Positions 8,179 to 10,940 of a stretch of 10,940 bases of DNA are shown one piece after another. Made by a program: the position numbers and the translations under genes. The stretch is from Ignavibacteriota bacterium (lineage in GTDB: Bacteria; Bacteroidota; Ignavibacteria; UBA10030; UBA6906), in assembly GCA_963801355.1 (NCBI GenBank), contig CAWDEM010000003.1, positions 1 through 10,940 on the forward strand, given 5' to 3'. How positions within the stretch are numbered: position 1 is the stretch's first letter; each line of letters begins with the position of its first letter. The notes below the pieces were generated by a model. It did not search any database, was not told the DNA's origin, and was given only the letters and a program-made list of their open reading frames with translations.

Positions 8179-8184
8179 AGTTTA

Positions 8185-10165
8185 TTAAGCACTGAGCTTG
8201 CTCGCCTTAACCTCTTTGGCGTTTTTCACCACAGGCGCCGGCTTTCCTTCCTGGAACGTCGGGTTATACTGCGGCACCAATACATGGAACAGATCCGTCA
8301 CTGCTGCGACGTCACCCTGGCGGGCGGCTTCGATCAGTGTTGTGACATCCATCTGCAGGCGTGACCTGTGGTGGGACATGGGATTGCTGGCAGAGATTTC
8401 ACCCGAGAGATCACGCGCATAGTTCCTGCGTGTGACCATCACCTTGGAATGGGACGTCTCTTCTACGTGATCTGTCTCGTAGAAAAGTTCTTCGAACATC
8501 TTTTCGCCGGGGACGAGCCCGGTGATCTTGATCTCGATCTCCTCTTCTGTGAAGCCGCTCAGCCGGATCAGATCGCGCGCAAGATCAATCACCTTGATCT
8601 GTTCGCCCATATCCAGCACAAACACCTCGCCTCCTTTGCCCATGGTGGCTGACTGGAGGATCAATTGCACGGCTTCGGGGATCGTCATGAAATAGCGGGT
8701 CACATCCGGATCTGTCACCGTCACCGGTCCGCCCATCGCAATCTGACGCTTGAAGAAAGGAACCACGCTCCCGCGGCTCCCCAAAACGTTTCCAAAGCGC
8801 ACGGTGACAAAGGCCTTCCCCGAACGGTTTGCGGCATCCTGAACGATCAACTCCGCAATCCGCTTTGTGACGCCCATGACGCTGGTGGGATTGACTGCCT
8901 TGTCGCTCGACACCATCACAAACCTGCGCACATCATACCGATCGGCGAGGTTCACCAGAACGCGAGTCCCGAGAACGTTGTTCGTTACCGCTTCGGGTAT
9001 GTTTTCCTGCATCAGGTAGACATGCTTATGTGCTGCAGCATGGAAAACAACGTCCGGCCGGAGGGTGCGGAACACCTGCTCCATCCGTTCCCGGTCCCGC
9101 ACATCGGCAATCACCGGGACAATCTTCATATCAGGAACCGGCGACTCTGCCAGCTCCTTCATTATCTGGAAGATCGAAGTCTCCCCGTGACCGACGAGAA
9201 TCATCTCGGCAGGGCGGAAACCCTTGATCTGCCGGCAGAGTTCGCTTCCAATTGAGCCGCCGGCACCCGTGACAAGCACTCTGGCACCGGTCAGCAGAAG
9301 CATGACCTGTGTGACATCAGTTTCAATCACGCCACGGCGGAGGAGATCCTCCAATTGCACGTTCCGGACATCATCGATGCGAGCCGTTCCACGGACAATG
9401 TCATACAGTGCGGGAATGGTTTTGCTCGGTACTTTCACTTTCCTGCACAATTGGACTACTTCGCGGACGACCTTGCCGGGGGCTGTCGGCATGGCGATGA
9501 TGACTTCATCGATGTTCTGTTGTTTCACCACAAACGGAATGTCGCTCAGAGGGCCAAATATCGGCAAGCCGTAGATACGCTTGCTGCTCTTACGCGGGTC
9601 GTCGTCTACAAACCCGACCGGCACGATTCCCAGCTGCAGATTGTTCTGAAGCTCTTTCACCGTCAGTGCGCCCCCGGCTCCGGCTCCGACGATCAATACC
9701 CGGCGCTGATTGCGTGCAGTACCCTGGTCACGCAACTCCGTAAAGAGTATCCTGATCCCCAGACGGCTCCCCGAGATCCAGAATGCGGTCAAGAGGGAAG
9801 AGATGATTGGTATCGATCGTGGGAATCCCGGCGGCACAAGGCCCAAGGGCATGAGCAGACCGAAAAAGAGTACCAACTTCCGCAAGGGCCGATAGTGCCA
9901 GCGCACGAATCATCGTTATCAGGGCGGGCACGCTTGCATACGCCCAGAGTTCCGAGTAGAGATGACTCTGCACAAAAACAAGCATCTTTGCAGCAATCAT
10001 CACAACAGTATAGACCAACAGAGCATTGCTGAGCGGACCCACGATTCCTGGGTCGTCAGTGCGCAGCAGCATCGCAAGTGGCGGAATGATGACCAATCCG
10101 ACAAGATCGAAGGTCATCAAATACCGGTTTCGGAGGCTTAACAGGAGCCGGAGGTATTGTTTCAC
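8185..10165 (-). CDS. Membrane-bound nucleoside-diphosphate-sugar 4,6-dehydratase, CapD/PglF/WbpM family (about 659 aa, one frame break)
   Basis: N-terminal TM region (ORF 9728-10165, GTG start with GGAGG SD) joins ORF 8185-9906 near 9877 (ALAE|LVLFFG). Motifs IVGAGAGG, VGFVDDD, TGAGGSIGSEL, HAAAHKHV, SSDKAVNPTSVMGVTK, VRFGNVLGSRGSVVP and GEKMFEEL. Confidence 0.95.
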
Positions 10166-10381
10166 AGCCCCAACCCTCCGATCCGGTGGACGAGTCCACA
10201 GGATCGCTCTGTGCCAACAGTGTCAAGAATGTGTTTGCGGAAAGGTTGCATGATTCCCCCTGAAAGAGATCTCAACAGATCTAACAGCACCCTAGTTGTT
10301 GAGAGCGGATGCATTGTGCATCCTGTCCGGAAGGCAGATTTCCCGAGAGCCTTATTGAAAGCAGTCGTTGCCCTCAATACT

Positions 10382-10410
10382 ATGATACGACATAGGGCTT
10401 TCTTGTGCAA
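10382..10410 (-). promoter_or_regulatory. Sigma70-type promoter upstream of the dehydratase gene
   Basis: Minus strand TTGCAC (10410-10405), 17-nt spacer, TATCAT (10387-10382). Predicted TSS near 10375. Confidence 0.6.
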
Positions 10411-10437
10411 GAGAACCACCTCATGATGAATGCGCTT

Positions 10438-10476
10438 TGTGACGGGTGTCACGTTGTGACTGTGATGCATATCACG
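10438..10476. promoter_or_regulatory. Two tandem CRP/FNR-family-like operator boxes
   Basis: TGTGA-CGGGTG-TCACG (10438-10453) and TGTGA-TGCATA-TCACG (10461-10476) each match TGTGA-N6-TCACA at 9/10 positions, and both are followed by TT. Confidence 0.7.
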
Positions 10477-10522
10477 TTTTGACTCTTGGCAAAGTTAAAC
10501 TGAACACATCAGGCAGCGCAAA

Positions 10523-10940
10523 TCACCTCAAAAAGAACGAAATGATCAATGCAAGAGCGCCCGCCCCGGACACGATCATCGCACTGCCGACTTCTTCTTC
10601 CAGATTCGCACAAACCAGACGATGAGAAGAATGTTCAACATCCACAGAACCACCTGGAGCCAAACCCGTACGTTCCAGCCATACCATTGCGTGTCCGGAT
10701 CATGAGTCAGCGAATCCACCCACAGATGGAGGGCATACATTGGGATGTATTGCAGACACGTCTCTTCAGCTGCGCCATGATGCGCGCTTTCGTATAGAGC
10801 CCGTGATCATGCTGGAACCTGAATCCGTACAAGCCCAATGAGATCGGGCAGAACACCCAGTATCCCTCCGACGAAATGCAAGAGACCACAACAGGTATCT
10901 CTTTCGAATCCAAGAAATGAATGGGGCAAGCAGCATCGTT
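10523..10940 (-). CDS. Membrane protein resembling YdjM-type metal-dependent hydrolases (5'-partial, several frame breaks)
   Basis: Stitched translation: ...MLLAPFISWIRKRYLLWSLAF|VGGILGVLPDLI|GLYGFRFQHDHG|LYESAHHG...PMYALHLWVDSLTHDPDTQWYGWNVRVWLQVVLWMLNILLIVWFVRIWKKKSAVR* (TGA 10576-10578). GxLPDL and HLxxDxxTH resemble YdjM motifs. A further hydrophobic segment runs to TGA 10523-10525. Confidence 0.6.

Noticed and set aside
8046-8180. CRISPR array
   Set aside because: The units are about 7 nt and degenerate, with no unique spacers and no cas genes in the window.
10200-10226. TGGCAC (sigma54 -24-like) and TTGACA (-35-like) on the minus strand in the leader
   Set aside because: There is no TTGC at -12 for sigma54 and no -10 hexamer at a suitable spacing after TTGACA.
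10162-10470. Full 102-aa ORF upstream of the dehydratase
   Set aside because: It overlaps the predicted promoter and operator boxes and has no protein-like features. Only its last 29 codons were kept as a possible leader peptide.
10166-10522. ops/JUMPStart antitermination element ahead of a glycan gene
   Set aside because: No GGCGGTAG-like sequence was seen on the coding strand.

Overview
Bacterial window, moderately GC-rich (my guess, by inference only, is an Ignavibacteria/Bacteroidota-like organism). Almost all genes are on the minus strand. From right to left: a partial membrane-bound YdjM-like hydrolase; a 357-bp regulatory region with two CRP/FNR-type boxes and a sigma70-type promoter; a stand-alone CapD/PglF-type nucleotide-sugar dehydratase; a heptamer-repeat hairpin; the only plus-strand gene (269-aa hypothetical); then a run of an M16B peptidase pair (active plus inactive subunit), a family-5 uracil-DNA glycosylase, an SPFH/band-7 protein and a >766-aa ORF that runs off the left edge and is missing from the ORF track. 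That ORF appears to hold two tandem class I/II aminotransferase modules, the first lacking the PLP lysine. A TGTCATTGCGAG-type palindromic repeat sits at each junction of this run and overlaps the probable start codon in three cases. About a dozen 1-2 nt frame breaks affect nearly every gene, which most likely reflects unpolished long-read assembly rather than pseudogenes.
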